A program made the position numbers and the translations under genes. The notes below the pieces were generated by a model that ran no database searches, was not told the DNA's origin, and was given only the letters and a program-made list of their open reading frames with translations. DNA of 64,000 bases from Octopus sinensis. Taxonomy: Eukaryota. Each line of letters begins with the position of its first letter. Positions within the stretch are counted from its first letter, which is position 1. Where the stretch lies: the NCBI RefSeq assembly GCF_006345805.1, contig NC_042998.1:108004001-108068000 (forward strand), written 5' to 3'. Positions 38,345-50,918 of the stretch are shown one piece after another.

Positions 38345-39452
38345 TTGTTCTCACTGTCCTGTTCTTGTTACCACTTTCACCCTCCGCAAAAAATCCCAAA
38401 TTTTATTTAATTTGCTTTGCGGGAAGGACTGTTTCAACGACGTCGCGTATTGTCCTTGTCTACGAAACGTGGAGTAGATGAAACAGGGACAACTGAAGAA
38501 GGTGAATATTCTTTATGTTGCCTGTTTCGTTTCTCTGTTTGTTTTTTCGTTGTCCACAAAAAAGTTTGTTTCTATGTTTTCGTTTCTCATTGTGTTCAAC
38601 GTTATTTCTCATGTCCTGTATCCATGTATATATACATATATATGTAGGTATGTACATATATGTATGTATATATGCATATATTTATATATTATTTATATTA
38701 TTAAGTTTTACGTTAATAATTACGATGCGCACTCTTCTATCTTTACTATCTCTTCTCTGTCTATCTCTCTCCCCCTCTTGTTCTTCATCCTTTCTGGTTT
38801 TCTCTCCCACCCTATGCTTCTCCTCTCCCCTTCACTGTTCCCTCTCTCTCACTTCTCCTCCTCGACTCTCTCGTTGCTGACACAGGACAAGAGGGAATCT
38901 ATCTTTCTGACTACTACCTTCGCAAAGACTAAACGTGCTTATTCTGTCTCTTCATAAGCTCATCTCCCTAAGCGTTCAGAATAATTTTTCCATCGTCTTG
39001 GCTTAACAACCCTCATCATTTGTTTTTACTATTTTGTTCTCATTGTTCTGTCTTTTACTGTTTTTATTCTTTTATTGTTTTACTGTTTTGTTCTCACTGT
39101 CCTGTTCTTGTTACCACTTTCACCCTCCGCAAAAAATCCCAAATTTTATTTAATTTGCTTTGCAGGAAGGACTGTTTCAATGAAGTCGCGTCTTGTCCTT
39201 GCCTTCGAATCGTGGAGTAGATGAAACAGGAAACAACTGAAGAAGGGGAATATTCTTTATGTTGTATGTCTCGTTTCTCTGTTTGTTTTTTTGTTGTTCC
39301 AAAAAAGTTTGTTTCTATGTTTTTGTTTTTATGTTTTTGCTTCTCATTGTGTTCAACTTTTTTTGATGTCCTGTACTCATATGTGCATGTATATGTAGGT
39401 ATGTACATATATGTATGTATATATGCATATATTTATATATTATTTATATTAT
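38345..39452. repeat. Direct repeat of ~360 bp (38345-38700 and 39088-39452), pseudo-LTR-like
   Basis: Both begin ttgttctcactgtcctgttcttgttaccactttcaccctccgc and end tatattatttatatta; substitutions and indels between copies. Confidence 0.8.
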
Positions 39453-39490
39453 TATATGATCGAATGCCATGCATCCTTTTCCAAGAAGGT

Positions 39491-39522
<32 letters not shown>

Positions 39523-39593
39523 CCGGAGTAAACACATAAATGTGAAACAAGGTGGAAAAAAGAGTACTCAAATACCAGTGGTAGAGTAATATG

Positions 39594-39726
39594 CTTTATT
39601 TAAAGCAGCAGAAAATTCAACAAAACCTGTTACTCTGAGTTTCCCGTTGCCGTTACTGTCCGATGAACGGCAACGGGAAACTCAGAGTAACAGGTTTTGT
39701 TGAATTTTCTGCTGCTTTAAATAAAG
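39594..39726. repeat. Perfect 61-bp inverted repeat with 11-nt loop, containing a minimal hammerhead motif (39656-39693, +)
   Basis: 39594-39654 is the exact reverse complement of 39666-39726. Confidence 0.95.
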
Positions 39727-40025
39727 TATATATATATACATATATACACATGTATGTTATCTCCACCAATAAGTTATTGTTATATTATTATTTAGTCTTA
39801 GTTTTACGACTTGTGGGAAGTGGGTCACTTCCAGTTTGTTTCTGGGATCCATGTTGTTTTGTCTTCTGACTAGCTGGTTGTGTGTTGTGTGCATCTATAT
39901 CCCGGAAAACTGCTGTCATCCCTGAATATTTTATGGTTATTTCATATTACTGTGAACATGACTTTGTAACAGTGTAACCAATCTTTTGCTGCTTCTGTAA
40001 TGATGAGCCAACAAAGTTTTTCTTA

Positions 40026-40298
40026 CTGTTGCTGCTTCGTGTAGAAATCTAGGCAAGCAGGGTTACAATCACCACTGTGTCAATGAAGATGAACAATGGT
40101 TTAAACTTCATAGCTATTTATTTTCTACTTACACATTATGATGGGTATGTACACTAATATGTACACGTGGTACACGTACACATCATAACGTATGAATAGA
40201 AAACAAATGGCTCCAAAGTTTAAACCATTGTTCATCTTTATTGTCACAGTGGTGATTGTGATCCCACTTACCTAGATTTTTACACAAAGCAGCAACAA
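40026..40298. mobile_element. Almost fully palindromic MITE with TA flanks
   Basis: TA|ctgttgctgc ... gcagcaacaa|TA; complementarity extends ~125 bp toward the centre. Confidence 0.85.
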
Positions 40299-40343
40299 TA
40301 TTCATGTGTGTGTGTATATATCATATATATATATATATATCTA

Positions 40344-41571
40344 CAGGGATTGGACAAAATAATGGAAACACCTAGCATCATAATTTTGAAATATCTATAA
40401 AACCATCAAAAGCTTGTTTATTTTTATGTCTTTTGATTTATTATTAGTGTTGCTTAATATGTTTTGCTAAAATTGCTGTTTCTTTTCAGATATCATCAGA
40501 AAAAGGTAATTAAAATTCATTTAAAGTGACAGAACTATTGGACTTTCAAAAAGGTCAAATTGTTTGTGCCCGTATGGCAGGCACTGGCATAATGAAAACA
40601 GCTGAAATGTTTAGTGTATCAAGAAGTACTGTCTCAAAAGTAATGACAGCCTTTGAGAAAGAGGGAAAAAACCTCCTTGTCGAAACAAAACTGCAGAAGA
40701 AAGCCAAAACTTTCAGATAGGTACTGTCAGACTCTTACATGCATTGTTAGAAAGGATCACAAAAGTACAGCTCTCAATATTCCTGCAGAGCTTAATGACC
40801 ACCTCAAGAACCCAGTTTCTATAAAAACTGTTCGCTCAGAATTGCATAAAGCCAGATTTCATGGGAGAGCTGCAATTAGAAAACCACTACTTTCAAAAAC
40901 AAAGGTTACAAAGTGTTTAGAGTGGTGCAAAATCCTACAGAATTAGTCCCTAGAGCAGTGCAAGAATATTATTTTCTCGGATGAGTCATCCTTAACATAT
41001 TCCCGACCACTGGCCAAGTATACACGTGGAGACATCGAAAAGAAGGATTTGACCCAAACTGCCTTCTTCCAACTGTGAAACATGGAGGAGGATCTGTGAT
41101 GATCTGGGGGCTACATCTTGGAAATACACTGGCCCAATGGTTTCCCTTCATGGCAGAATTGATAGTCAAGACTATTTAAGCATTTTATCTGATCAAATTT
41201 ATCCTTTGTTTGCAGAACTGTTTCCAGAGGGAAATGCAATCATTCAGGATGATAATGCACCAATTCACACAGCTAAAGTTGTTATTGAATGGAGAGCCAC
41301 CGCAGTCCCCAGGTCTCAATATTATTGAACATTTATGGTGCATTTTCGAAAAACAAGTAAGGAGTCAATATCCTCCACCATCATCACTACAAGAACTGGA
41401 GACTGTCTAAGCTGAAGAGTGGACAAAATTCCTTTGGAAACAATTCAAACTTTGTATGAGTCCATACCTCGTAGAATTCAAGCTGTAATTACTGCAAAAG
41501 CGGTCCTACCCAATACTAATATAAATTTGTTTGAAATTTTAAGGTGTTTCCATTATTTTGTCCAACCCCTG
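40344..41571 (+). mobile_element. Near full-length Tc1 (DD34E-type) transposon, pseudogenised
   Basis: TIRs cagggattggacaaaataatggaaacacct / aggtgtttccattattttgtccaacccctg; GQIVCARMAG...VSRSTVSKVM, IFSDES, VKHGGGSVMIWG, IIQDDNAPIH, PPQSPGLNIIEHLW; stops, frameshifts and a deletion. Confidence 0.95.
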
Positions 41572-42139
41572 TGAGAGTGCATGACCTAGGGGTGTGGGTG
41601 TTGCATTTATGATTGTAAGATAGTGGGTTCAATTCTTGAGCTGGGTAGTGTGTTGTGCTCTTGACCAAAACACCTTATGATATGTTTCTCTGCAATCACT
41701 CCAGTACCTGATGTGCAGCACAACGTTCCCCCTGTACAGGTAATGTCATTTTGATGGAGGGAGTGAATTAAAGTGCAGTACAAATTCATGATCACTAGAG
41801 GCAAATAATCTGTGCAAGTTGTTCCACAAGAAATTGTAGATTTGTGTTTCTCGGACTTGAGAGGCTACCATACACCATCATCATCATCATCATCATGATT
41901 TTCCACATTCCATGTCAGCATGGGTTGGATGATTTGACAAGAGCCGGCATGCCAGAGAGTTGCACCAGGGTACAATTGTCTGTTTTGGCATGGTTTTTAT
42001 GGGTGGATGCTTTCCTAACTCCAACCGCTTTACAGGTGCATTTTATGTGGTGCCAGCATGGGTGCATTTTATATACACATACTCACATATATGTGTATGT
42101 GTGTGTGTGTGTGTGTGTGTTTAAATATATATACATCTA

Positions 42140-42330
42140 TGGTTCAAATGTACAGAAAACAAAAGATGGAGATAAGTGATGGAAAAACAAGTAGGTTTTA
42201 TTAGTTTGATACTCAGGAGAAATGGAAAAGTTTTTGACATTCTGAGCCGACACTCTTTGACAGAAAGGGATGAGAGGAAAAATAAAATGGAGAGAGAGAG
42301 AGAGAGAAAAATGTGTTGGGATAAAAGGTT
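42140..42330 (-). repeat. PLE-like terminal repeat family copy with decayed variant hammerhead-like motif (~42231-42268)
   Basis: cttt-ctgtcaaa-gagt-gtcg-gctc-agaa-tg-tc-aaaa. Confidence 0.65.
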
Positions 42331-43109
42331 CCACATGATGAGATGACCAGAAGAAAGAGGCCTATATATATATATACTTGCAAGTTTGTCATGCTATTGA
42401 ATAGACTAAAGGGGGCCGCTCAACTCCATGTTATCTCTGTTCACTAACCACTTTACAGTGTGTCTTGGGGGTGTTTTATTGTGGCATCACCCCTACTGTG
42501 GTTGTCTTGTATCCTACAAGACTGAAGTGATATCACTACACTATGGTGTCTCTGATTAAAGTAAGATAACCAAGAGGGTGAGCAGAGTATGAAGGGGAAA
42601 CTGTGACCAGAGTGAGAGTGTAATAGGAGGAAACAATGATGGCATTGTGCACAAGTTAAAAGTTTAGTGTAGGAGGGTGAGTAATAGAGATAAGAAAGTA
42701 TGAAAGACAAGGTGCAGGCATGGCCGTGTAATAACAAGCTTGCTTCCCAATGACATGGTTCCAGATTCAGTCCCACTGCATAGCATGTTGGGCTAGTGCC
42801 TTCTACTATAGCCTCGGGCTGACAAAAGCCTTTTGAGTGGATTTGGTAGACAGAAACTGAAAGAAGCCCATCGTATATATATATGCATATGTTTTCATGT
42901 CTGTCTTTGTCCCCTCACTGACATTTGACAACTGACGTTGGTGTGTTTATGTCCCCATAACTTAGCAGTTCAGCAAAAGAGACTGATAGAATAAGTACAT
43001 GGCATACAAAGAATAAGTACTTGGGTCGATTTGCTTGACGAAAGGCGATGCTCCAGCATGGTCACACTCAAATGACTGAAACAAGTAAAAGAATAAAAGA
43101 GAAAAATGG

Positions 43110-44280
43110 GGTATCAAAGAATAGATGGAGGCTTAACAGGAGTATATTGGGAAACAGGCCCAAATATAGGTGAGCAGCACAGAATGAGGTTTAACTGGAC
43201 AATAGGCATAAATATAATGGATGAAGACAACCGCTTTAAGAAGTGCTGATCTCTAATTGTGGAGTGAATGTGTGGAAGGGGTAGACCCAGGAGGACATGG
43301 AACAAAGTGGTGAGAAAGGATCTTCAGATGTTGGACCTCACAGGGATCAAGACTTCTGGCAGTTTTCTGTGTCAAGTTAAGTAAAATTGTGGTTGTCCTT
43401 GCATACATGCATGTCACTTGCATCCCTCTTCAGTTGAGCAATCCTAACCTTGTGGGCTCAAGAATGCTGGTGTTATGTAAAAAGCACCCATGTTGGTGTC
43501 ATATAAAGGCACCTGTGCTGGTGCTGCATAAAAGCATCCAGTACACTCTGTAAAGTGGTTGGTGTAAAGAAGAGTGTCCAGCCATAGAAACCATACCAAA
43601 ACAGACATGGAGCCTGGATAGCTCTTCAACTGGCCAGCTCCTGTCAAACTGTACAATCCATGCCAGAATGGAAAATGGACATTAAATGATGATGATGATG
43701 ATGGTGGTGATGATACCTTTTAGCCTCCATCACTCTCATCATTTTCATGTTTGCTATGCCATATGGGCATAAGTGAGTGAATCTTCAGTACTGTGTATTA
43801 CCTATCATCATAGTCCTTTGTCATCACCTTTGTGAGACTCAGCATCCTGAAATCAACCTTCACTGTTCTGGCCCCTGTCTTCCACATGTTCCATCTACAT
43901 CTGTTTGTCTCCAAATGAATCAAATATTCATGCAATGGAAGTCTTCTCTCTTGCACATTACAACTAATTCCTCTTATATCTAGTTTTTCTCTCAGATAAT
44001 TAATACCATGTTGTTTAAGTACACTAGCATTGCATAACCAGTACAGTATTGCTCACTCCATTTCAATGTCTTAGCAAATCCTGCATTCAAGGCTTTCATT
44101 TATCTACTAAGTAACACTGCATTTCATAAGCAGGTACCATAAAACTCTCATTCATTCTGAGTGAGAAACACTTTGTTATCAGAAGAGTAAATTTTTCCAG
44201 CTGCCCAGGCATTAAACAAAATCTATTTAAAATTGAGTGAGTGCTTACTGCACATCTACTGTATATTAAATCTTATCCCT
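43110..44280. mobile_element. RTE LINE fragments (~43110-43715 +, ~43730-44280 -)
   Basis: GRGRPRRTWNKVVRKDL frame and family tail; opposite-strand copy of the same region. Confidence 0.7.
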
Positions 44281-44493
44281 GTGAGTAGTATAACATGAAG
44301 ATTTAGAGAATCATGTTGCTATCACAGAAAGTTCCTTTTATGGATTTGGTTAAAAGTCCACATAGTAATCCAAAACAGAAAAGTGTAATATAGAGTGTCC
44401 ATGCAACTGAAATCCAGAAGACCTGATTGCCAAAATTATTCCATGAGGATAAACTATAAAAGTCAGAAGTTATGCAAGGTGAATATACTTTCA

Positions 44494-45078
44494 TTTAACC
44501 ATGTGACATTCTTAGGATTATGGCCATTTCACAACCTTCTTCATGTAGTATTGATTTAGGGAGGAAGAAATTATGCTAACATATTTGCATTATGTAAGGA
44601 AGGCTGAAACTAGATAAAATTAGCTTGGTTTGGTTAGTAAAAATAACAATTTGAGATAGAAATTAAAGGAATTGACTATCCCTCATGTCAGCTAAAAAGA
44701 AGAAGGGATAAGAAGAGGAAGTTAAAGTAGATAAAGTAAATATAAAAATAAAATAAGTAGCTTAAAAAAGTAAATAAGAATATATAAAAAAAAACAATGC
44801 AAATGAATTGTTAGTCAAAGTAATTAAATGGATGGCTAAGTTGGGAACAGACAACTGGAAGTTTAAAGATTAAATGAAGAAGTAATATTGAACAACAGTA
44901 AGCTTCAGATTAGGGTTAAACGGTCAGAAGACCTCACACAATTGTACATTATGAATAAACAATTGTTAGTGCTGTGCATGCATATTAACGCAAATTTGTA
45001 AGCATTCCACACTGAAATTAATAATACATAAAGAAGGTTGCAAAATGGCCATAATCCTAAGGAAGTCATGTGGTTAAA
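44494..45078. repeat. Imperfect ~95-bp inverted repeat (44494-44592 and ~44985-45078)
   Basis: tttaaccatgtgacattcttaggattatggccattt... versus ...aaaatggccataatcctaaggaagtcatgtggttaaa. Confidence 0.75.
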
Positions 45079-45116
45079 TAAATACATATTCACCTCTCAC
45101 ACTTCCTGACATTTAT

Positions 45117-45159
<43 letters not shown>

Positions 45160-45391
45160 CTATGTTATATATCTTAATAATTACTGATATTTTTATATTT
45201 TATATATTATATATGTAAAGCATATGTTATACATGTATGTATATTGTTATAATTGTCCTTTTAGTAAATAAAAAATAAATTGACATAATATAATGTCTAA
45301 AAGTTGATGAATACCACCTCTTGATCCCTTCCATTTTCTTATTGCTCTCTCTCTCCCCCCTATCTCCCTCTATATATATATATATATATAT

Positions 45392-45570
45392 GATAGATCG
45401 TTAGCCACTACACACATTTTTTTCTCTCCTTGTTTTTTCTGTGTCCCTTTCTGTAGAAGAGCGTAGGCCCGAAATGTAAAAGACTTTTTCTATTCCTGAG
45501 CGTTATACTAATACATCTGTATGTTTTGTACACCACCTGTCATCGTCTTTTGTTTTTTTCGTAAACTCTC
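45392..45570 (+). repeat. PLE-like terminal repeat family copy inside (TA)n, with variant hammerhead-like motif (45447-45482)
   Basis: cttt-ctgtagaa-gagc-gtag-gccc-gaaa-tg-ta-aaag; (TA)n on both sides. Confidence 0.75.
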
Positions 45571-45599
45571 CCTATATATATATATATATATATATTATC

Positions 45600-46992
45600 T
45601 TAGTAAAATTAGAGAAGAAATTTCAGATGTGAAAGCATGGATTGGGATCAAAGGGTCTTAGAGTTAACTTAAGAAAGGCCAAAGTCTTAGTTAGCAGGAA
45701 AGCAGGGAAACAGTCTTGCTCAAAATATTGAAATGGTGTAGGTACAAATTCCATACAATGTTACAATGTACCCAGTGCTAGCTATGGACACATAAGATGT
45801 GAAGTGAAATCACAAGAAGGTTAAGAGAGGAAGTAGTCTTTGCATGGCGGATATGGAAGAACAATAAACAATAAGAACACACAAGAAATAGACTCTCTCA
45901 AATGCACAGGAGGAGCCTTAGAAGTAGTAGATAGTTTCTGTTACTTATGTGAGCTAATTAGCAGTGGAGGAGGATGCTCTGAAAGTATAATTGTTAGCAG
46001 AATAAGAACTGACAGGGAAAAGTTCAGAGAACTATTACCTTTGTTACAAACAAAGGGCCTCTTCTTCAGAGTGAAAGGCAAATTGTACAATGCTTGTGTA
46101 AGAACATGGAAGTGGAATAGGGACATGTGAAAACTTGACATAAATGAAGTTGGCATGTACTGCAGGATGTGCAATGCTGGTGTGCATGTATGACAAAGTG
46201 TAAAAATGTTGAGAAAAAAATTGAGCATAAGAGTAATCAGATGTTGTGCACAAGAGAAAAGACTGTGCTGGTTTGGTCATGTGATGAGGATCCTCATTAT
46301 CCTCATCGTTTAACATCTGCTTTCCATGCTGGCATGAGTTGGACAGCTTGACTGGAGACTGGTGAGCCTGATGGCTGCACCAGGCTCCAATCTGATCTGG
46401 CTGAGTTTCTACAGCTGGATGCCTTTCCTAACGCCAACCACTTCGAGAGTGTAATGGGTGTAGAGGGCCAGTCAGGTGGTAGTGGCAACGGCCATGCTCA
46501 GATGGTGTTTTCATCTCTCACCTGCACAGGAGAGAGTCCAACGGCATTGGCAACGCCCTCGCTTGAATGTTGTTTTTCACGTACCACTGGCACAAGTGCT
46601 AGTAAGGCGACGCTGGTAATGATCACGCTCAAATGGTGCTTTTTACATGCCACCGGCACAGGGTCGAGTCGGCGGCCCTGGCAACAATCATGCTCAGATG
46701 GTGCTCTTAGTGCTCCACTGGCACGGATGCTAGTCATGCGGTGCTGTCATCGAAATTGATTTCGATTTCACTTGCCTCAACAGGTCTTTACAAGCAGAGT
46801 TTAGTGTCCAATGAAAGAAAGGTATGCCTAAGTGGGCTGGTTACACCACTGGCATAGGCCATGGGTTATGGTCTCACTTGGCTTGCTAGGTTTTCTCAAG
46901 CACTATTACATGGGGCCAGCACAGGTGCTTGTTATGTGCCACTGGCACAGGGCTCTTGCAGGCCAGTCCATTTCAGCATACATATATCTTCA

Positions 46993-47046
<54 letters not shown>

Positions 47047-48015
47047 TGTATGATGCATGTGTGCAATCAGTAGATTGTACGATGCATGTGTGCGAACTGC
47101 CATGCTTCATGGCAGTGAAACATGGGCTGTGACTGCAGAGGACATGCGTAGGCTTGAAACAAATGAAGCTAGTATGATCCACTGGATGTGTAATGTCAGT
47201 GTGCACACGACAGAGTGTAAGCGCCCTGAGTGAAATGTTGGACATAAGAAGCATCGGATGTGGTGTGCAAGAGAGATGTTTGCACTGGTATGGTCATGTA
47301 CTACGGATGGATGAGGAGAGATGTGTAAAGAAGTGCCACTCTCAAATAGTTGAAGGAATCCAGAGTAGAGGCAGACTCAGGAAGACATGGGATGAGGTGG
47401 TCAAGCATTACCTTTGAATGTTGGGCCTCTCATAGGCAATGATGAAAGACCAAGACCTCTGGAGATATACTGTGACTGTGAAGACCCGACAAATAAAGTG
47501 AGTTCACAGCTGTATCCTACACCAGTTTTGCATAACCAGCCCCAGCCCATTCAAAAGTACCTTGGATCATAGGATGACCTGCTGTGCTTACCTTGGATTG
47601 TAGGGCAACTTGCTGTGCTTGAGGAGACCTATTGAGTCAAATACATCAACATCAAAATCAAAATCAAATGGAAATTGTAGTTGTGATGCCCATGCCAGTG
47701 ACACGTAAAAAGCACCATTCGAACATGACTGATGCCGGCACTGTCTTGACTGGGTTCCATGCCCGTGGCATGTAAAAGGCACCAACTGATCATGGCTGTT
47801 GTAGCCTCCTCTGGCCCCTGTGCTGGTGGCATGTAAAAAGCACCCACTACACTCATGGAGTGGTTGGCATTAGGAAGGACATCCAACTGTAGAAACACTG
47901 CCAGATCAGACTGGAGCCTGGTGCAGCCGCCTGGCTTCCCAGACCCCGGTTGAACTGCCCAACCCATGCTAGCATGGAAAACGGATGTTAAACGATGATG
48001 ATGATGATGATGATA
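45600..48015. mobile_element. Cluster of RTE LINE fragments (~45600-46290 +, 46295-46920 -, 47050-48015 +)
   Basis: LEVVDSFCYL.ELISSGGGCSES...KFRELLPLL..KG..RVKGKLYNACVR; WYGHVLRMDEERCVKKCH...RGRLRKTWDEVVKH; family tails. Confidence 0.85.
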
Positions 48016-48861
48016 TATCATCAACATCTTCATTTAAAGCTCACTTTATTTGAAGCAGATCTTCTACAGCTGGATACTCTTCCTGATGCCAACCCCTACC
48101 TATTTCCATGCAAGGTAATATTTCTTCATGGCCAGAGATGTTCTTGCAGAATATTGGAAATGAAATGTGCTGCTTGTGTAACAGTGACAATCATTTTAAA
48201 ACTATCACATAATGCCAAGACAAAGAGACACAAACACATACATATATATATACAATAGATATCTTTTAGTTTCCTTCTACCAAATGCACTCACAAGGCTT
48301 TGGTTGGCCTGGGGCTATAACAGATGAAACTCACCCAAAGTACTGTGCAGTGGGACTGAAACCACAACCATGTGTATAGGAAGAAAACTTCCGACTACAC
48401 AGCCATGCCTGTGCCTATATATATGTGTATACGTTTTACTTTGTATCTCTTTTCCTATGTTAGCATGAGTTGGATGGTTATGCATTTGAGGCACTATTTT
48501 ATGATCAGATATCCAGGAAATGGTGCTCACCAAGAATGTAAAGTCTACAACAGCAATTTCTGCTCAGACAATCTTACGTGAGGAAGTGAAGATAACACCT
48601 TTCAAGCACACATACATACAAATTTAAAGTTGAAAAGTAAAGCACAGACAAGTAAAATGCATAGAACAAGAAAAGATAGAAACATGGATAAGCAATTTTG
48701 GCACATCATCAGCAGGACTGCTTACTTCACAGTGCTAGCAAATTTATAATAAATACTACCAGCAAATAGTATGTTGGAGAGAGGACACTACAAAAGATTA
48801 AACCAAGAATGATTGTCCATATAAGAGAAAAATATAAGACTATTGGATATTAGAGCCTTGT

Positions 48862-48923
<62 letters not shown>

Positions 48924-49094
48924 AAACATAAAAGGAGTGAAGAAGGCAGCTGCTGATAGGTAAGATAAAAAAATATATTAATGTGGGCAAAATATCAGTG
49001 TAGTATTTATGGTCAAATAAAAGAAAATTGAAACATAGACAACAGGTAAAATGCACAGTACAAGGAATGACACAAACTGGGATACCAGTCTTTC

Positions 49095-49211
49095 TTTATC
49101 AGCTTAACAAAAGGCATCCATGCTGTTGGACTGAACGAAAGACCATATGTTTATTAACCACAGAACCCATAGCCAAGCATGTGCCTGAAACCATTCCAAA
49201 TACACACGCAT

Positions 49212-49261
<50 letters not shown>

Positions 49262-49563
49262 CACACACGTACATTGTGTATGACTCCTTGTCGCTGTAAG
49301 CTTGCCAAAGTATGCTCAATGTCTCTGTAGCAGGCTCTCCAAGTTTAATGCAAAATTTCATGTTGGCTCTTTGTTCCAACTTCCTGTCCATCACAAATCA
49401 CAAACTACAGCATACATATGATCACAAAAACACAAACTTCATAATTTGTGAAGTAAACACAGTAATATCACTTGGCAAACTGCCAGCTCTCACTACACAT
49501 GCAACCATGTGCTGCCATCTGTTGGCACACTACAGAACTAGTCTGGGGACTTTTTGATACCAC
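49095..49563 (-). mobile_element. Mariner 5' fragment (same family as 6798-7547) interrupted by (CA)n
   Basis: MDRKLEQRANMKFCIKLGEPATETLSILWQAY; TIR actagtctggggactttttgataccac. Confidence 0.85.
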
Positions 49564-49569
49564 TTAATA

Positions 49570-50500
49570 TGTATACCACCCTTGCTAGCTATGCAGATGA
49601 CACAAAAGACTCTCAGACAATACAAAATCCTGGAAATATTGCGTATCTTCAACAGGAGTTGGATGCAATATACTGGTGGGCTGAGGACAACAACATGCAG
49701 TTTAATGCAGGAAAATTCCAGGCTCTGCGCTATCAGCACACAAAGCTAAACAACATGCAGACAGGATACACTGGCCTGGGAAGAAGTGCAATTCCTGAAT
49801 CAAAATCAGTGCATGACATGGACATTGAGATGAACAATAATGCATCTTTTCAAGTGCATATTACCAATTTGGTAATAAAATGCAGACAGCTATTGATGGA
49901 TCCTCTGGACTTTCAAATTAAGAGAAAAGGAGACACTGATGATCCTTTGGAGGAGATACATCCTCAGCTGCTTGAACTACTGCTTCCAACTATGGTCACC
50001 ACAAAATATAAAATCTATGGCAGAACTTGAAGCAATCCAATAAAGCTACACTAAGAAAATTGTGTCAATGCAACATATCAGGAAGAAAATGAAAAAATTA
50101 AAACTCTTCTTTTTAGAATGAAGGCAGGAAAGATATGCAGTGATATACATCTGGAAAAATTTGGAGGGCCTTGTACTAAACTTTGGCACTGAAAGTTACT
50201 CAAACAGTAGAATGGGGCACCGCTGCATAGTGCAAAGATCCCAGCATCACCATCAAACTACAGGACCAAATACTGCAACAACTTAGGTTTCAAGGGCCCA
50301 TAGCTCTTCAATATCTTTCCAAAATGCCTGAGAGACCTGCATGGTGTGGATGTGTCTTTAAAACAAAACTGGATCTCCACCTGTCAAGGGTTCAAGACGA
50401 GCCTACCTCACAGCAGGAAACACAGATGAGGGCAGCGGCATCAAACTGACTCATTGACCAAATACTACATATCGGAGGAGGTTTCAAATAGTGGTGTAGC
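49570..50500 (+). mobile_element. CR1/Jockey-group LINE 3' fragment
   Basis: LASYADDTK...LQQELDAIYWWAEDNNMQFNAGKFQALRY. Confidence 0.85.
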
Positions 50501-50577
50501 CCAGTCAATGGAGGTGCCCCAACATGACCGCAGCTTTGAAGTTGAAACATTTTAAAGAATATATATATATATATATA

Positions 50578-50918
50578 AGTGAAGGCGCATGGCTCAGTGG
50601 TTAGAGCGTCGAGCTTATGATCGTGAGGTTGTGAGCTTGAATCCTGGACCGGGCTGTGTGTTGTGTTCTTGAGCAAGGCACTTTATTTCACGTTGCTCCA
50701 GTTCACTCAGCTGTAGAAATGAGTTGCGATGTCACTGGTGCCAAGCTGTATCGACCTTTGTCTTTCCCTTGGATAACACTGGTGGCATGGAGAGGGGAGG
50801 CTGGTATGCATGGGCGACTGCTGGTCTTCCATAAACAACCTTGCCCGGACCTGTGTCTAGGAGGGTAACTTTCTAGGTGCAATCCCATGGTCATTCATGA
50901 CCGAAGGGGGTCTTTACC

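Noticed and set aside
40526-41410. Active or domesticated transposase (Tc1 here; also mariner at 55.2-56.4 kb and hAT at 21-22 kb)
   Set aside because: All are broken by multiple stops, frameshifts or deletions
50578-50660. Possible tRNA gene (also 61465-61538)
   Set aside because: A/B boxes are present, but the acceptor stem is incomplete and the sequence runs into a SINE body
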